From Klebsormidium nitens (lineage: Eukaryota > Plantae > Klebsormidiophyceae): a stretch of 64,000 bases of DNA. This document shows, one piece after another, positions 1-13,212 of the stretch (positions are counted from its first letter, which is position 1; each line of letters begins with the position of its first letter). The notes beneath the pieces were generated by a model, which ran no database searches, was not told the origin of the DNA, and saw nothing but the letters and a program-made list of their open reading frames with translations. The stretch covers positions 332,672 to 396,671 of the forward strand of contig DF236968.1 in assembly GCA_000708835.1 (NCBI GenBank), written 5' to 3'. A program made the translations under genes and the position numbers.

Positions 1-1267
1 CGCTGAAGCAGCTCAAGGTGAGCGGACGGAACGCGTTGAGCGGAAAAGCTCGGTCCAACATCCTCGCCTCTTCAGAATATAATACCCTGCATTTTCCCCT
101 CTTTTCACACGATTGGTGAAACGAGTAGTGACAATTGCTGAGCTGGCAATCTGCTGCCAAGCACCAGTCATTAAAGATTGTGTTCCCGTTCCGACCTATC
201 AAAGACCAGCCAAGTTTTTGGGGCTGCTCTTTCAGCACCTACTAGTCGTCGATATTATCTTCTTCAATTGCATCAGAATGTCGATAAAGGGCCTTTCAGT
301 TACCGTACTGCTTGAGCTGCGGGTAAGTTAACACAAGGGGTTTTGCAGTTACCGTTTTGAGCACGTCCCCCGAAGCTGAGAAACAACTCGATCTTGTCAG
401 TTTGCTTGTGAGTCGCGACGCATCGGACGTCAAACTTTGGACAAACTCACTTACTTTCTTATATTTTCTTTTCGTGAACAGTCAGCGGACCATCAGCTGC
501 ATTCCGGCCAACGGCCGCCGCGGTGCCTACCGGAACGGTTCCGAACGGAACCGGCAGATCTGGGCGCCAGCGAAGGGGATAGCGACTCCTACGCCGCTAC
601 GACGACGCCCGGATCGGAGGCCACGTCACCAACATGTGATGAAGTCACGCTGACGCCGTCCGCGTACCGTGGAGCAAAGCGGGCCTACGAGCCTGTCGTT
701 CTCGACGTGAGCGTCCTTTCCTTCTTGGCTCAACTTGGGTCAAAGTTATCTCCGAGGAATTTGAAAGCTAAGCAACCCCGTTCTGAGCCTTTTACCTTTC
801 ACCTGGTCCCCTCTTTGACCCCGTTTTCGCTGGCTGACATCGGAAGACTGGCTTAATCTGCATATGTGCATTGCCGCACGAGGGTCAACTCCACAAGCCA
901 AGGGGAACCAAAGTTGTTGTCCATTTCAAGCACGCAATCTTGTGAAGGTGAATGCTTTTCAGAGTAGCCTCTTTGCTATAAAATGTCGAGCAGGCTTTCT
1001 GCAACGGCATGTCTTCCGTTCTCTCAGAAAACGTAGAGCGTTTCTCTCGCGAATCCAATGACTCGTTCTGTCAGCAGAAGAGTGCAGAGAAACTCCGCTG
1101 ACGAATCCAATGGACATTGAGGGATACATGGAAGAAAAGGAAAGAAGGGGACTGAGAAGGAAATGGAACTTTCTGCTGCGCAGGACTGGGCAGCGAAAAT
1201 GGCCGAGCTCCAGCGGTCCCTCGACAAGCAGCGGTCGATCCTCTCGGACAACCGCCGCTGGTCGTGA
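1..1267 (+). CDS. 3' end of an unidentified multi-exon protein (low-complexity segment followed by a short coiled-coil-like C-terminus)
   Basis: Phase-0 GT-AG exons <1-17 (..LKQLK), 482-706 (SADHQLHSG...YEPVVLD) and 1184-1267 (DWAAKMAELQRSLDKQRSILSDNRRWS*). The splice sites and phases are consistent, but no family is recognised. Confidence 0.55.
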
Positions 1268-2430
1268 CGTCACGCGTGGCGTCAGCATCGCTCCACTCGG
1301 GCCGCCCACAGCCCGCCTCGCAGTCAGCATGAAAATCAAATGCAGGCAGCAAACATGCATAAATGGTATACGGTATATAGTATATGGTATAATAGGTAGA
1401 CTTTCGGATAAGAGATCGAACTCTGGGGACACAGGGACGATGATCATAGCGGGCAAAGGCGTTACGCTTCTACAGTAGCACTACCGAAGAAAAGACAGTC
1501 ACGGCGGTACGTTCGAAAGATGCACATGATGCTGGCGGCAAGACAGTCATAGAGGATCTGCGTTAGGCACAAATTAAGGTGCACGGACATGGATACGGAT
1601 CAATGCGTAGCATATATAACAGGCGACTTCTTTAAATAGACACTGTGGCACGGTTCTAATTGTAGCGTGGCGGCCGGGCAGAACTTCCAACGACCTTGTA
1701 CGTCTGATAGGTGGATGCTTTTTCGTTAAGGAAGGACTCGACAATACAGGGTGATCGACCGCGGACGCAGCATTGTTGCGAGCGACTTATACATGGGTGG
1801 TTAATGTGCAGAGACTTCTGATTGTCGGAACCCCCTGCATTTGCAGCTGCCACGCGCTTGCCGCATCGATTCTTAATATACCACGTTCTGACGGTAATTG
1901 AATCGATGCGGTACACCGTCATGCATCCTTAGATCTTGCATTGTCAAATCGCTGTGCATGACAAATGGCCTCGCATTCATGACGGTTAGGCCACAATCTT
2001 GACGGATCAGCAAGCACAACGCGGATCATCGGTAATACCTTTCGACTTACACCGTATTGTTTTCAAAAAAGTCGCGGTCTGTTCAGAGTCTGTTGCCAAA
2101 AACCCTTCTTCTCAAATCACCATGGGGATGTTTATGAAGTGGATGACGAGCGCTGACGCCCTTATTGCAAACAAAAATCGAGTTATCACTGTCTTCGTGC
2201 GTGTTTGTGAAGCAATTGCATGCGGGCAGCTCAGCCTTTGTGATCGACGTTCTAAAGGAGAACAGTTTACAGTTGTTCAACCGAGCGTAACTCTTTCCGG
2301 CGCGCGCTTCGCTTGTGTAGCGACGAGCTATAAAGGGATCTAAAACTCCCGGTACGAAGGTCGGTTGCAGTGTATTTCGAATGCAAAATTTTGCTGAGTC
2401 CAGGACGCTCTGCCGGCAACCGCAAGCCGA

Positions 2431-2762
2431 CCGGTAGAAGTCCCCGGCCTCCACCTGTAGCATCTACCCAGACCGGTAGAGTCCCCCGACCTAAACGGGA
2501 AGAACGCCCCTATACCGGTAAACTCCTTCGGCTTACAGGGATAGCACGTCCTTATACCGGTAGAGTCCCCCGACCTATATGGGGAGCATGACCTCAGAAC
2601 GGTAGAAACTCCCAGCCTACACGGGAAGCACGTAACCACACCGGTAGACTCCCCCTCCCCTATGCGAGAAGCATGTACCTACGACAGCAAGAATCCCCGA
2701 AGCATGTACCCATACCGGTAGAGTTCCCCGACCTACACCGGTAGCATGTATCCGTACCGGTC
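2431..2762. repeat. Diverged 42-bp tandem minisatellite (~8 units) overlapping the GT17 stop codon and 3' UTR
   Basis: Units start CCGGTAGA.. at 2431, 2473, 2515, 2557, 2599, 2641, (truncated 2683) and 2715; e.g. ccggtagagtcccccgacctaaacgggaagaacgcccctata. Confidence 0.9.
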
Positions 2763-5700
2763 CGCGTTTTCCACAATCCCTCGAGGTAACCCCTCGGTCG
2801 ACCGCATCCGGTACAGCACCCCGAACATACACGTGGCGGCCGTCTCGCGCACCACGTCATGGTCCCGGTAGTCGTTGCTGACTTCCGACGCGTGGCTGTA
2901 CTCGGAGACCTTGGTGACGTAGTGCTCGAGCGGGAGGCAAGAACTGCAGTGCAAAGATGACAATCCTGAGATCGCAGCTATCGTACGAGAGAAAGATGGA
3001 AAGCAAGAGAGCCGACGAATCGCCGGTTGTCTTTCTCGGGTTTCCATAATCAGGGCTTTGCGCGTGGATAGTAAGCTTAGAGCAGCCGGTTTGGATTAGG
3101 CTTGCTGTAAGTGGAAGCTGCTCGCCAGTAGCGCTTCCCATTGAGTTCTTGACGCTGGTTCGATGGCAGTTTCGGCGGCAAGACGGTATGGGAGAACGGA
3201 AGCGGAATGCGACTCTTCGCGGCTACAATTACCAATCATGTCCCTGGTCGTTTATCTATTGCTCGCTGCTGAATAAAGATTCCAGATTTGTCCAAAGCAT
3301 TGTGGTTTGCAGCAGAATTATCGGCCAGGCCGACCGCCAGCATTTAGATCGGAGCAGCTCGAACGCAAGGAAGGATGTGAAAAGTGGTAACACCATATGG
3401 AATCGATGCCCATCGTTTGGGTCGGAACTGTTCACCGAAGTCGCCACGTAAAGAAAAACTGGTCCTATGAGGACCGCTTCTCTTGCGCACGAAAAAATGG
3501 GATATCATACGCAAGGGAGGAGGAAACTTACTATGAGTGGCGGCCGAAATTGAGAATCTGCGCGAACCGTGCAGAATCGGACTCCCAACCATTTGTAATT
3601 TCTGGAATGAAAAGAAACTCTTACCTGCAGTGCCAGCCGCCGCAGTCGATGACGTGGTTCGACGGAATGTCCGTGGAGAACTTGTTGCGCAGCTTCGCGC
3701 GCACCGTGTTCCCGTCGGCGTGCAGCTGCGCCCAGTCGGTGTCCCAGTGGCCGCCGTGCGCGAACTTGCCTATCGTCACTGCGGACACGTGGCACGCGTA
3801 GATTGGTCAGAATTATGTCATCAGTCCTCCATGACGTGCACCTATGAGGACCTGCACTCTTAAGCGCTCATTACATCAGCCTGTATATGTGCACTACCGC
3901 AGATTGACCGATATTTAAGAAAGAGTACAGAGGGGGCATCTCTTGTGCGTCACTCGAGAGAACGGAGTTCGCCCTCGATCGACAGTGGAGGTGTGTTTTG
4001 GTGGGTCAAGATTGTGGGCTTGAGTGGCAACGGGTGAAACTTGGACTTTGATCAACAAGCACTCCGCAGGTGCATGTTGAAGCCATTTTTAAGATGGCCG
4101 CAATCCATGCAAAGAAGTTGAGAAAAGGGCGTCGATATCAGTCAGCCGAAGAGAACCTGTATTTCAAGATCACAACATGGTTATGACAGGGTGCGTCGAA
4201 TGACAAATCTGGCGTTGATAGCTGCATGTCGGCTTATGTCTGGGGCTTCGGTTTTGGGGTTCGCGGTACGTACCGACGGTCCCTGGCCACATCTGCTTGT
4301 CGTCCTTCCAGTCGCGGTCGATGCACGCGAAGGTGAAGCGCCACAATGGCATGCGCAGGATCACGGGGAAAGCCTTCGCGTCTCTCTGCTGACGTAGCGC
4401 GTGGACCACGTGGGCCTTGGGCAACTCATCGAGGTCGCCTGGAGCGAAGGAAAGATGGCCAATGAGATTTATCTGCTCTTGTATCCGGAGTTCGTCAATC
4501 TTCAGTTGCGCTCGTGTCTGAAACGAGTGCCTTTGTGACGAATACCTTTTTCCTGTGTTGTGTTTGGGAGTGACTTCGAAGAAAATTAGCAGCTACTTCG
4601 CTCGACTTTGGCCCGCCGCTCAAAGCCATACCGAATTTCAATAAACAAGTTGAACGGTGGGCAATCAAGCATGAGACGGTGACCTCTGTGCTCAACCTGG
4701 CTTTCAAGAAGAACCGTCCGAAAACATCGGGCCCAAACCGAACATGTCATCGAGCCGAAATGTTCTCCTCATTGACGTCTTACAAGTGATTGCAAACCCT
4801 CAAACGGGATGACCCAACAAGTATGAGCAGATCTTCGCCGGTAGCTTGAAACTGACCCTAGAATCCAGCTCAAACTGCCTCCCCAAAACTTCGACAGCAA
4901 CTAACCCACCAGTCATGACCAGGTCTTCACTGGTAACCCGCCCCTTAACCGCATCCCAAAGCACGTCGCGCATGTGTCTTTCCCGGTCCCACGCGCTCGG
5001 GGCGTCTTTCGGGAACGTTTCCAGATCGCAGTACGCGTTCTCGATCTGGGGCCACCAGCGCCGGAACCGCTCCAGCTTGGTGACGTCAGTCAGGGGCCGC
5101 TCGTGGTTCATAAACGTCAGCGGGCACTGCATCGGAAGGGTATCGACTTTTCAGTAATCATCGAGTCCCTCGCATATTAGGGTTCAATGAACGTCAGCTA
5201 CTGAGGTAACAAGAACCGGAACTTTCAGATGGATTCTAGCTTTCTAGAACGGTGTGCTAGTGGAGAATGTTGAGTGCTCCAAAACTTTCAGGTACGTCGA
5301 TCAGGAGGCGTTCGAGACATAAACATAGCTCGTATTCAGAAGATACAAAAACGATAAGATGTTAGTGAGCCGAAAACGTCCTGGATCGAGTCGGAGAAAA
5401 GGTCAGTTTCCAGAAAGTGGTTCTTGGGCACTGCAGCCAAAGCGGTTTGAAATCTTTACTAGATCTAAACAGCGAAACCGATATTTTTGGCCACTCTTCA
5501 AGATCAAAACCTTGAAATCGTAAAGGTCTAGTACCTTTAACCCTAAATTGGACGGTTGTACACTAACCTGGACGAGTACAAACTTGTGCACGACGTTCTC
5601 CAGTTCCATGAGGCGCATCTCCAGCAGGTCCAGCTCGTTCAGAAACAGCACCGCGTCGTACACTTTCCGGACAAAGGCCCCTGGGGCGATGGAGAGATCA

Positions 5701-6873
5701 GTGCTGCAAGGAGAAAGACCAGCTCTCTTTGTGGGGCGGGAAGATAGAACGAGCTTCCAAGGGTTCACCTCTGGGATGATCAATATTTGTCGTTTGGGTG
5801 TAAGCGTGTGGAGATAAGAACAATCTTTGGTGGTGTGGGTCACTGTACCGGTTGGGAAATTTGAGGCTTTCACAAGAACTACGTTAGAGAAAGGACAAGA
5901 TCCAGCAATTCAAGGGACCTGTGCAAGCAAGAAGCAGGCTCTAGCTAGAACCCCACGTCATACAAGTTGCTCAAAGGAACCAGTAGGCCAACGATATCCC
6001 GGTGGTCAAGTTGAGGAAGGTAATCAGGATTTTACCACAGATGAATTTGTGCAGTTTTGAGCTCTGGTCCTGCTTTGCAAAACAGAATTGCAAGGAACTG
6101 CACCTACACATTTCCCGGATTGCGATAACAAGTCTTTGCTCATATTACAACGAGCAGACTGTATAAGGGCACTGGCGCACTCCGGCCTCCGTGCTTAAGC
6201 CCATCTTCGAAACAAGGGACACACCTTCATTTTCAGATATCACTATTTCCATGACAAGAAGACGGATGTGACCGTGATGATTAGCTGGATTTCAAAATAG
6301 GGTCCTGACTACTGCAAACTTTCCATGACAAGACGACTGATGTGACCGTGATGAAGAGCCGGAGTAGAAAAAGAGGGTTCTAACTACTGGAGAAGGGATT
6401 GGAAAAGAATTACCAGGAAACTGTCTCTACCTTGGTGGGTTGTCAATGTCCCGCTGCTGGCAATACGGCGCTGCCGGCGCCTCGCTCTCCTCCCCAGTTG
6501 AAAACTTGACAAGTGGCGCTCCCAGCTTCTTCAACCGCTCCGCCAACAATTTCGCCCGGATCTTATACACATTCGTCCCATAGTAATGCTTATACTCTTT
6601 CAGCCACTGTTCCTCCGTCAAATTCGCAGCCGCCCGTGTGTTCGCAATGAAATCAAGTTCAGAGAAAGTGTCGTCCGTAGGGGATCCGTCCTGGCTGCCC
6701 TGGGTGAGGCTCTGGAGGATCTCGCGGGAAAGGATGAGCGTCGTGCAAAGAATACCCGCAGCGAGTATACCGAGAAGGGGACGGAATTTGGACTGGGGTA
6801 ATGTTTTGGAGACGAGAGTCTTCGCTGTGGGGCTGTCGGCGGCATCGAGCGCGCTGGACACTACTGACAACAT
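2733..6873 (-). CDS. Glycosyltransferase family 17 (beta-1,4-N-acetylglucosaminyltransferase, MGAT3-like), type II membrane protein
   Basis: Exons 6431-6873, 5568-5703, 4910-5126, 4274-4438, 3625-3778 and 2733-2943 join in phase. They give an N-terminal TM (LLGILAAGILCTTLIL) and the GT17 motifs RKVYDAVLFLNELDLLEMR, WDRERHMR, GDLDELP and GGWHCSSC...YSH. Confidence 0.88.
6246..6362. repeat. Imperfect direct repeat (2 x ~45 bp) in GT17 intron 1
   Basis: tttccatgacaagaagacggatgtgaccgtgatga occurs again as tttccatgacaagacgactgatgtgaccgtgatga about 72 bp downstream. Confidence 0.7.
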
Positions 6874-8704
6874 CTTTGCTGGATCACTCTACTCGCAAAG
6901 TACTTAAGGGAATGAGCAAAGGATTGGTGGTGGCTTTGTGCTCCAGCTGGGGAGCCTTTCTCTGATCTCCCAAGGCTCCACTTGTTGAATGGTCCAAGGT
7001 GCAGCTAGTTGCTAGAAACTCAGTGTTCTACAAACACAAGCTGGGGAGAAGCTACTACACTAAGATCAATAAGCAGAGCTGCAGCCTTGAGGCTTGCGTT
7101 GAAGTCAGTAGACAAAACTTTCTACGACGGGAGAAACCAGGCCAGCTAGCTCGCTGCTTGCGTAAGCGACACCTCAAGCCTGCTTCGCTGCTAAACAAAG
7201 TAAGCACCGCTCCCCTGCTGCTCCACTCGATAGTGGCAGCGCCGCTTACCCCGCAGCTTTTCTGAACTGAGTCAGGCTGCTAGGCTGAGTAGAACTTCTG
7301 AAAAACAAGCACTGCGGGCGGGGGGAAGAGTCTGGTGGTGGCTTGGTGAGAAGGAAAACTTGGAAGTGCTGCTGTGAAAGCAGCTGATTTGTTGGCCACT
7401 ATATTGCCTCTGTATCCTGGTCACATACCTATTCGCCGGAGTTTGGCGCCAAGGAAGTGCTTGATCAGTGCATAATTTCTTCATCCTTGCTTGCAGAGAC
7501 CCACCCTTTCTCAGATCTGCAGTCTGCCAACTTGGCAAGTTCGGGCTAGCTTGCATATGCGAGACGGCTTAACGACGAGGATTCCGGGATTTGACAGGGG
7601 GCACACTGTCTGGGGCACAGGCTTCGCTAGTCAGCTTCTTCCTCAATTCTCGTTGACAGTCAAGGCTGCATGCGAAAGGACGAAATATTCGGAGTCTCTT
7701 AGTGCGGCCCTGATCTTGACACACAGGGTCTTGCATAAGTTGCATGCATGCAGTGCCGCTATGTGTCACGGGCAGGCAAGCCATTGGCACCGCCTCCAGT
7801 CTGGAAGACTGTGTAGAAAGCAGTTATAGGGATATGGACCATTTCTTGTGTCAAAGGAATGGCTGAAAGGGTGTGTCAAGAAGGAAACACATCGTGCATT
7901 TCGGGTGTTGCTGATCAGCTGGCTGCTGCACCATCTGCGCTAAGCGCTGCCAATCATTGGTGTTGCCCGATGGGCCCAATCATTGGCAATATGCATGTGT
8001 AATATCGATCCACGTGCAGCAATATGCACTTGCCACGGCTGAGAATCCCGATAGGTATCGAGAAGTACAGAATCCCGGGCATTTCGGACGCGGGTCTCCA
8101 TCTCGATCATTGCGAGTCGGAAATGATGATGATATCAACTCTAGCTTTTGTCTCCTATCAATTTCAAATGGGGCTTGCCGCTTGTCCCTTTAATAAAGGA
8201 TATGTAGGATAAGAGCCCGGACACAAAAGACTCTATTACCAAAGAGCATTCCTGCTCCAAGCTACCTACACCCGACGTAACCACCAGACTATTATCCAAC
8301 TAATGCCCCGGGCTGTACCGGTACCCCATTAGAAGACAAGCCCCTATAGGACGAGTCGAAGACGAGAAAGTGGCCACGCTGCGGACCTACGGTAATCATT
8401 TGTATCTGCCGGAACTCCGTGACCCGTCCCCGGAATCCGTTGCCATGCTCTGCGGAAAGCCGAGTCAGTCACCAGGCTGGCCCGCCTCACCTCAGCGCAG
8501 CGGCAGACCGTAGACGCAGTGTTCACGTTGGATGTGCGTTGAAACTTGGAACTTATTAAAAGTTAAAGTGGACCTTGTGCCGCCACAAGCAAACTGCCCA
8601 TTGTTACCGGTAACCTACGAGCTCGGAGCTGGCTGTTTTCAGACTTTGCACCACAAGAAAAAAGACCCACAGGTTGTATCAATCAAGTGGCCTGTGCTCT
8701 CGCC

Positions 8705-11700
8705 ATGGCCGAGGGGTGCGGCTGCGAGAAGGACTCGTGCCAGATCAGCATCCAGAATCCGCTTGCGGCGGTTGGCACTCAGGAGCCCCTTTACGAGGCG
8801 ACCGAGCTGCGAACGGGGGCGGCCAATCCCCACTGGTCCCGCCGGCTTATACAACCATGCTTGCCCCAAAAGGTGGTCGCAGAAATGGTGGGAACTTTTG
8901 CGATCGTCTTCGCAGGTGAGGGGTTCGGTGAGAAAGTTAGGGTTTAGGGTTGTTGGGGTTGGTGTCGTGATGCAAGCGTAGGGCTTTGGATTGTGTGCAG
9001 GTGAAAGCAGACTCGCTCTTTGTGTGTTGAGAAGTCTGGCTGCGCCGCGCGATTTTTGAGATTTTAGCAAATGAGGATCCTGAGGTGGCATAAGAGTCTA
9101 GGCTTGGCAGCCTGATGGCGGATTGCTTAACAAAAAGTTATATGCTGAGCTATTACCATTTGATGCTCTGCCTTTGGCTTTTAGAAGACGTGCACCAAAA
9201 CAGTGGTGGGCAAGGGACGCTTTCTTGAATTACGTAGTCGTTATGGAGGCGTATGCTATCGTAGACGCTGCCACCATTCGTGTGTCTGTTTGAAAAAAGC
9301 GTGCACCAAGAGCGATGCTTTGTGCAAACATGCTCAAAGTTAAAAAGGTTCTCGCCGCACCTTAATCTGTGTTCGCAACAGACAGTCCCTTGTAGGACAA
9401 GCAAGGAACGCACATTTCATTGCATTTTTTGACTCTGACGGGATTTTCTCACTTCTCCAGGCTGTGGGGCAGTGGTGGTTAACGCCCGCTCCGACGGCGC
9501 GCTCGGTCACGTGGGCATCGCCGCTACTTTTGGGCTCGTAGTCATGGTTATGATCTATGCAGTGGGCCACATTTCGGGCGCCCACTTCAACCCCGCAGTC
9601 ACGCTGGCGTTCGCGTGCGGGCGGCACTTCAGCTGGAAAATGGTGAGCTCGGGGCTCGTCTTGTTCTGCAATTGAGTGATCTAGTGTTTGTCACCGTCAA
9701 GACCGAAAAAGGGGGATTCTAGTTTACCTTTACTGGAGTTGGGCCACAGTTCAAGTGTCCACTTTGACCCCGCAGTCACGGTGGCGTTTGCGTGCGGGCG
9801 GCACTTATGTTAAGAATTTGTGAGCTTGGACTTTATACATCTAAGACTTTTGCAATTAAGGGTGTTATTTTCGGTTTCTCCAAAGGGGGGGCCTTTAGGT
9901 CTTCCCAAAGAGTGGAATCCGGGTGCACCCCCTAAAGTAAAGTTAGCCGTGAAGGTGGTCTTTAAGCAGGCTATAGCACAGAATCTATGAAGACAGTCGA
10001 GTACGGGTCCCATGACGAGTCAGCATTCACTATCTTGCAGTCCCACCATGTACCTCCCGTATTGGGCCGTCATGGCATCCCCTCTTCGCAAATGGATCTC
10101 AGTGGGCAGACCGTCGCGCACCTCGCTTTCATCTTTGCAATTTCCTTCTTTCCCCCAATCTTGACTTGCTTCACCTTCTGTTGCGTCGCTTCAAAATCAA
10201 GGCTTATAATTTCCAAGCAATGAGACAGTCACTGATTCCAATGCCCCAGCGATAAGCAGCGATTGCCTTTTCCCCAGGTCCCTTTCTACTGGGCCGCCCA
10301 ATTCCTGTCTGCCACCGCCGGCGCAGCCTTGATTCGCGGGATTTTGGGCTCGGAAAAAGCGCTCGGGGCAACACTACCGAGCGGGACCGATTGGGAGTCG
10401 CTCCTGCTAGAGTTCGTCCTCACGTTCTTCCTCATGTTCGTGATTGCCGCCGTTGCAACAGACACGAGGGCAGTCGGAACAATGGCCGGAATTGCGGTAT
10501 GCTTAGCTCATCTAGTGCTCTCCCTCTCGATGAGTGCTGATATCAGTCCCTCCAGTACGTTCCTGAGGCATGCTTCAAAATATGCGTCATGCTTATGTGG
10601 TCCCAAACAATCTTGGTATGCTGCGTGGACGGTCTGTTTTCATCAATTGTTGCTTGTTCTTGTTAATTCTTTCAAGGGTTGTTATATGAGGAACGCTCCC
10701 CTTCGAGAATTTCCAAGCGTTGTTTCAACTGTGGTCGAAGCTCGAGAGTCCATGTTTTGTTCTATGGCGCCGCCAGTGAAAATCAGCATAGTGGGCGGAG
10801 AAAACGGCACTCGTTTTTCCTCATTCCTCATTGCTTCAATCCTAGTAGTTCTTGTCGCATACGTCGACGATTGAATTGATGATGCCTTCATCATACGGAC
10901 CTGTTTGGAATCGTTTGCGTGTTTCGATTAGCCACGAAAATATTCCTCATTGTGATGATACCCAACCCTTGTCTCAGTAGCCTGAATCTGGTGCGCTTCG
11001 CTCTCCTTTGTAAATCCATATTGTCGTCCGGTTTTATGCTGGAGACTGACTCGACAAGTTTGCCAAAACTCCTACCAATCTTCACTTAGTTGAGAGTGGT
11101 CTGCTCTTACCGTTATTCACTCAGTCAACTCCCATGCCGACAGATTGGCGGGACGGTTGCTCTGGATGCCTTGTTCGGAGGCCCTGTCAGCGGCGCCTCG
11201 ATGAACCCAGCCAGGTCGCTGGGCCCTGCGCTCATAGCTCTTGTAAGCAAACAGGGCCTTTTCCTCAAAAGTTCCTTCTGGCGAATTGCGGAGCCGCCGC
11301 CCCTTGCTGTTGGATTTTCTTTTACGCGTTGGCTTGTTTGAGGAAAGAGCTTTTTGTGAGGACATGAGACTCATTTCAGTAAAGCGTCACAGCGTTTGGC
11401 ATTGAAGAGAGCAGAATGCGAGAAGTTAGGAAAGGGATTGTAAAGAGCGAGTCGGACTGGGTTACAAGTGACTGGCAAACTAGACTTCCCGCAACTCCAT
11501 CCAAAACGAGTGGGAAAGGTTGGGTTTCGAGTGATAGCGGCAAAAGCTTAATCACGACCGGGTAACGGGTGTTGATGGGATGTAAAACCGTTTGCGAAGT
11601 GACGTCATTGCTTGTCAGCCCGTTGTGCATGTTTTACTAAGAGATGTTTTGCGCTTAGAAGCATCTTATTCATGGTTGTCCTGATTCCTTATTCGAGTAT

Positions 11701-12091
11701 GCAGTTCGACTCATCAATCAAGACCGTGACCCCGTCTTGATGACAGGATAGATCCTTTGTATTCGTTTCACGAAGGGGGAGCAAGCCCCAAGGCTCATTC
11801 GGAACGTTCTTCTGATGGTCCACTTCTCTACCCCCGGCGATGAGCTGCCAAACATTGCTTTCTTGGCAGAGTTTTCGATTTTCAAATGTCACTGCTTCCA
11901 TTTTCTTGCCTGTCAGATCTTAGGACATTCGATCTCTGAAGCTTTAATCTTCCGTTGAACAGGAGTTCCGGGGACTGTGGGTCTACTTCGTGGGCCCAGC
12001 CGCTGGTGCGGTGTCCGCTATCTTTGTCTACAAGTTCGTGCACGGGCCAACGCAAGAAGTGGCACGAGGAGCGCACGGATGCTGTGAATGA
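8705..12091 (+). CDS. NIP: NIP (nodulin-26-like) aquaporin/metalloid channel with F-A-A-R selectivity filter
   Basis: Exons 8705-8915, 9461-9642, 10278-10496, 11144-11242 and 11963-12091. Two NPA boxes ([13 protein letters not shown]; [14 protein letters not shown]), plus [28 protein letters not shown] and LWVYFVGP, which are typical NIP motifs. Confidence 0.95.
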
Positions 12092-13212
12092 AGGCTCTCG
12101 CTTCAGCCTATAACCAATCTCCATCTTCCTCAGCGAGGCAGTTCACATATTGTCAGAGATTTGAGATCCGCATCTTGTGGGTTTTTCTTTGGAGGAAACA
12201 AGACAGGAGGGTCTTTCTGACGCATAGCTGCGGCTAGGAAAGCAGGGTGAAAGGGCCGCTACAGACGAGCTGATTGAACTGAGCTCTTCAAGCAGAGTCG
12301 GCGTGCCAACGATGCTGTGGGCAGATTGCACTTTCAGTCGAAATGACTGAGAGCTTCCTGCCCTGAGTCAAAGGACAAAGTCCAAGATATCAAAGCGGAA
12401 CGCGGCAAGGTTCCTCTTTGATATGCACTTTCTGTACCATATTTAGGGACGGTGTTGATTATCTTGGTGCCCAATTGCATGGTCCCACCGGACATCTTGC
12501 TTACCTGTTGCATCCGATCAAATTATGCAACGTGTGATGTATTGTAAATACGATTTCAGTGCATGCATCTTAATTTGAACATACCCGGAATTCACACCGA
12601 ATTTCGGTGACCGTGTGCATGTAGGGTCCTGGAGCTTGAACCCATTAGTATATAAGGCATTCAGATTGTGCCAGATACATGCGCGATGCAATAATCAAAC
12701 AACAGTTCCATGCTACTAACATCCGACGCATTGGATCGTCATGCACATGAAGAGCCTGGGGTTATATTACCTCCGATCCTAAAATGCGTTTGCAACCTGC
12801 AAGCTGGCCCGCCCCATCATTGCATGTTACGTCCGGGCCGTCCCATGCACATGTTAGCCTCGGGTCACTTTGAAGCCTCGATTGGATCATTCGCGCAGCA
12901 ACGAGCGGATTGAGGACTCAGGAGGGTGTGAGATTGGAGGAGGAAAGGCGACGCCAAGTGATTGCGGCTTGTGCCAGCGAACATGGCCAATCCAGAGCGC
13001 GAGCTTGACTTGCGATGTGCACAGTGATCGAGTCCGCAAAAGAAATGCGTCACACTTTCAAAGCTGCCGAGGTTGCTGTCGCGAAGTTTTGGAAGGACTC
13101 AACTTGGCATGTCAGCAAAGAATCGAATACGATATGATCACCGGATGATACTCCACCTTCGAAAGCAGCAACGCGCATATTCGATTGGATTTGATAACAT
13201 GTCTTCCAAGAA

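Noticed and set aside
2431-2762. 42-bp repeat array as a CRISPR array
   Set aside because: The units are contiguous diverged copies with no unique spacers, there are no cas genes, and the context is a spliceosomal-intron eukaryotic genome.
10497-10874. Long ORF continuing past NIP exon 3
   Set aside because: It is read-through into the intron after a canonical GT donor. The aquaporin continues in exons at 11144 and 11963.
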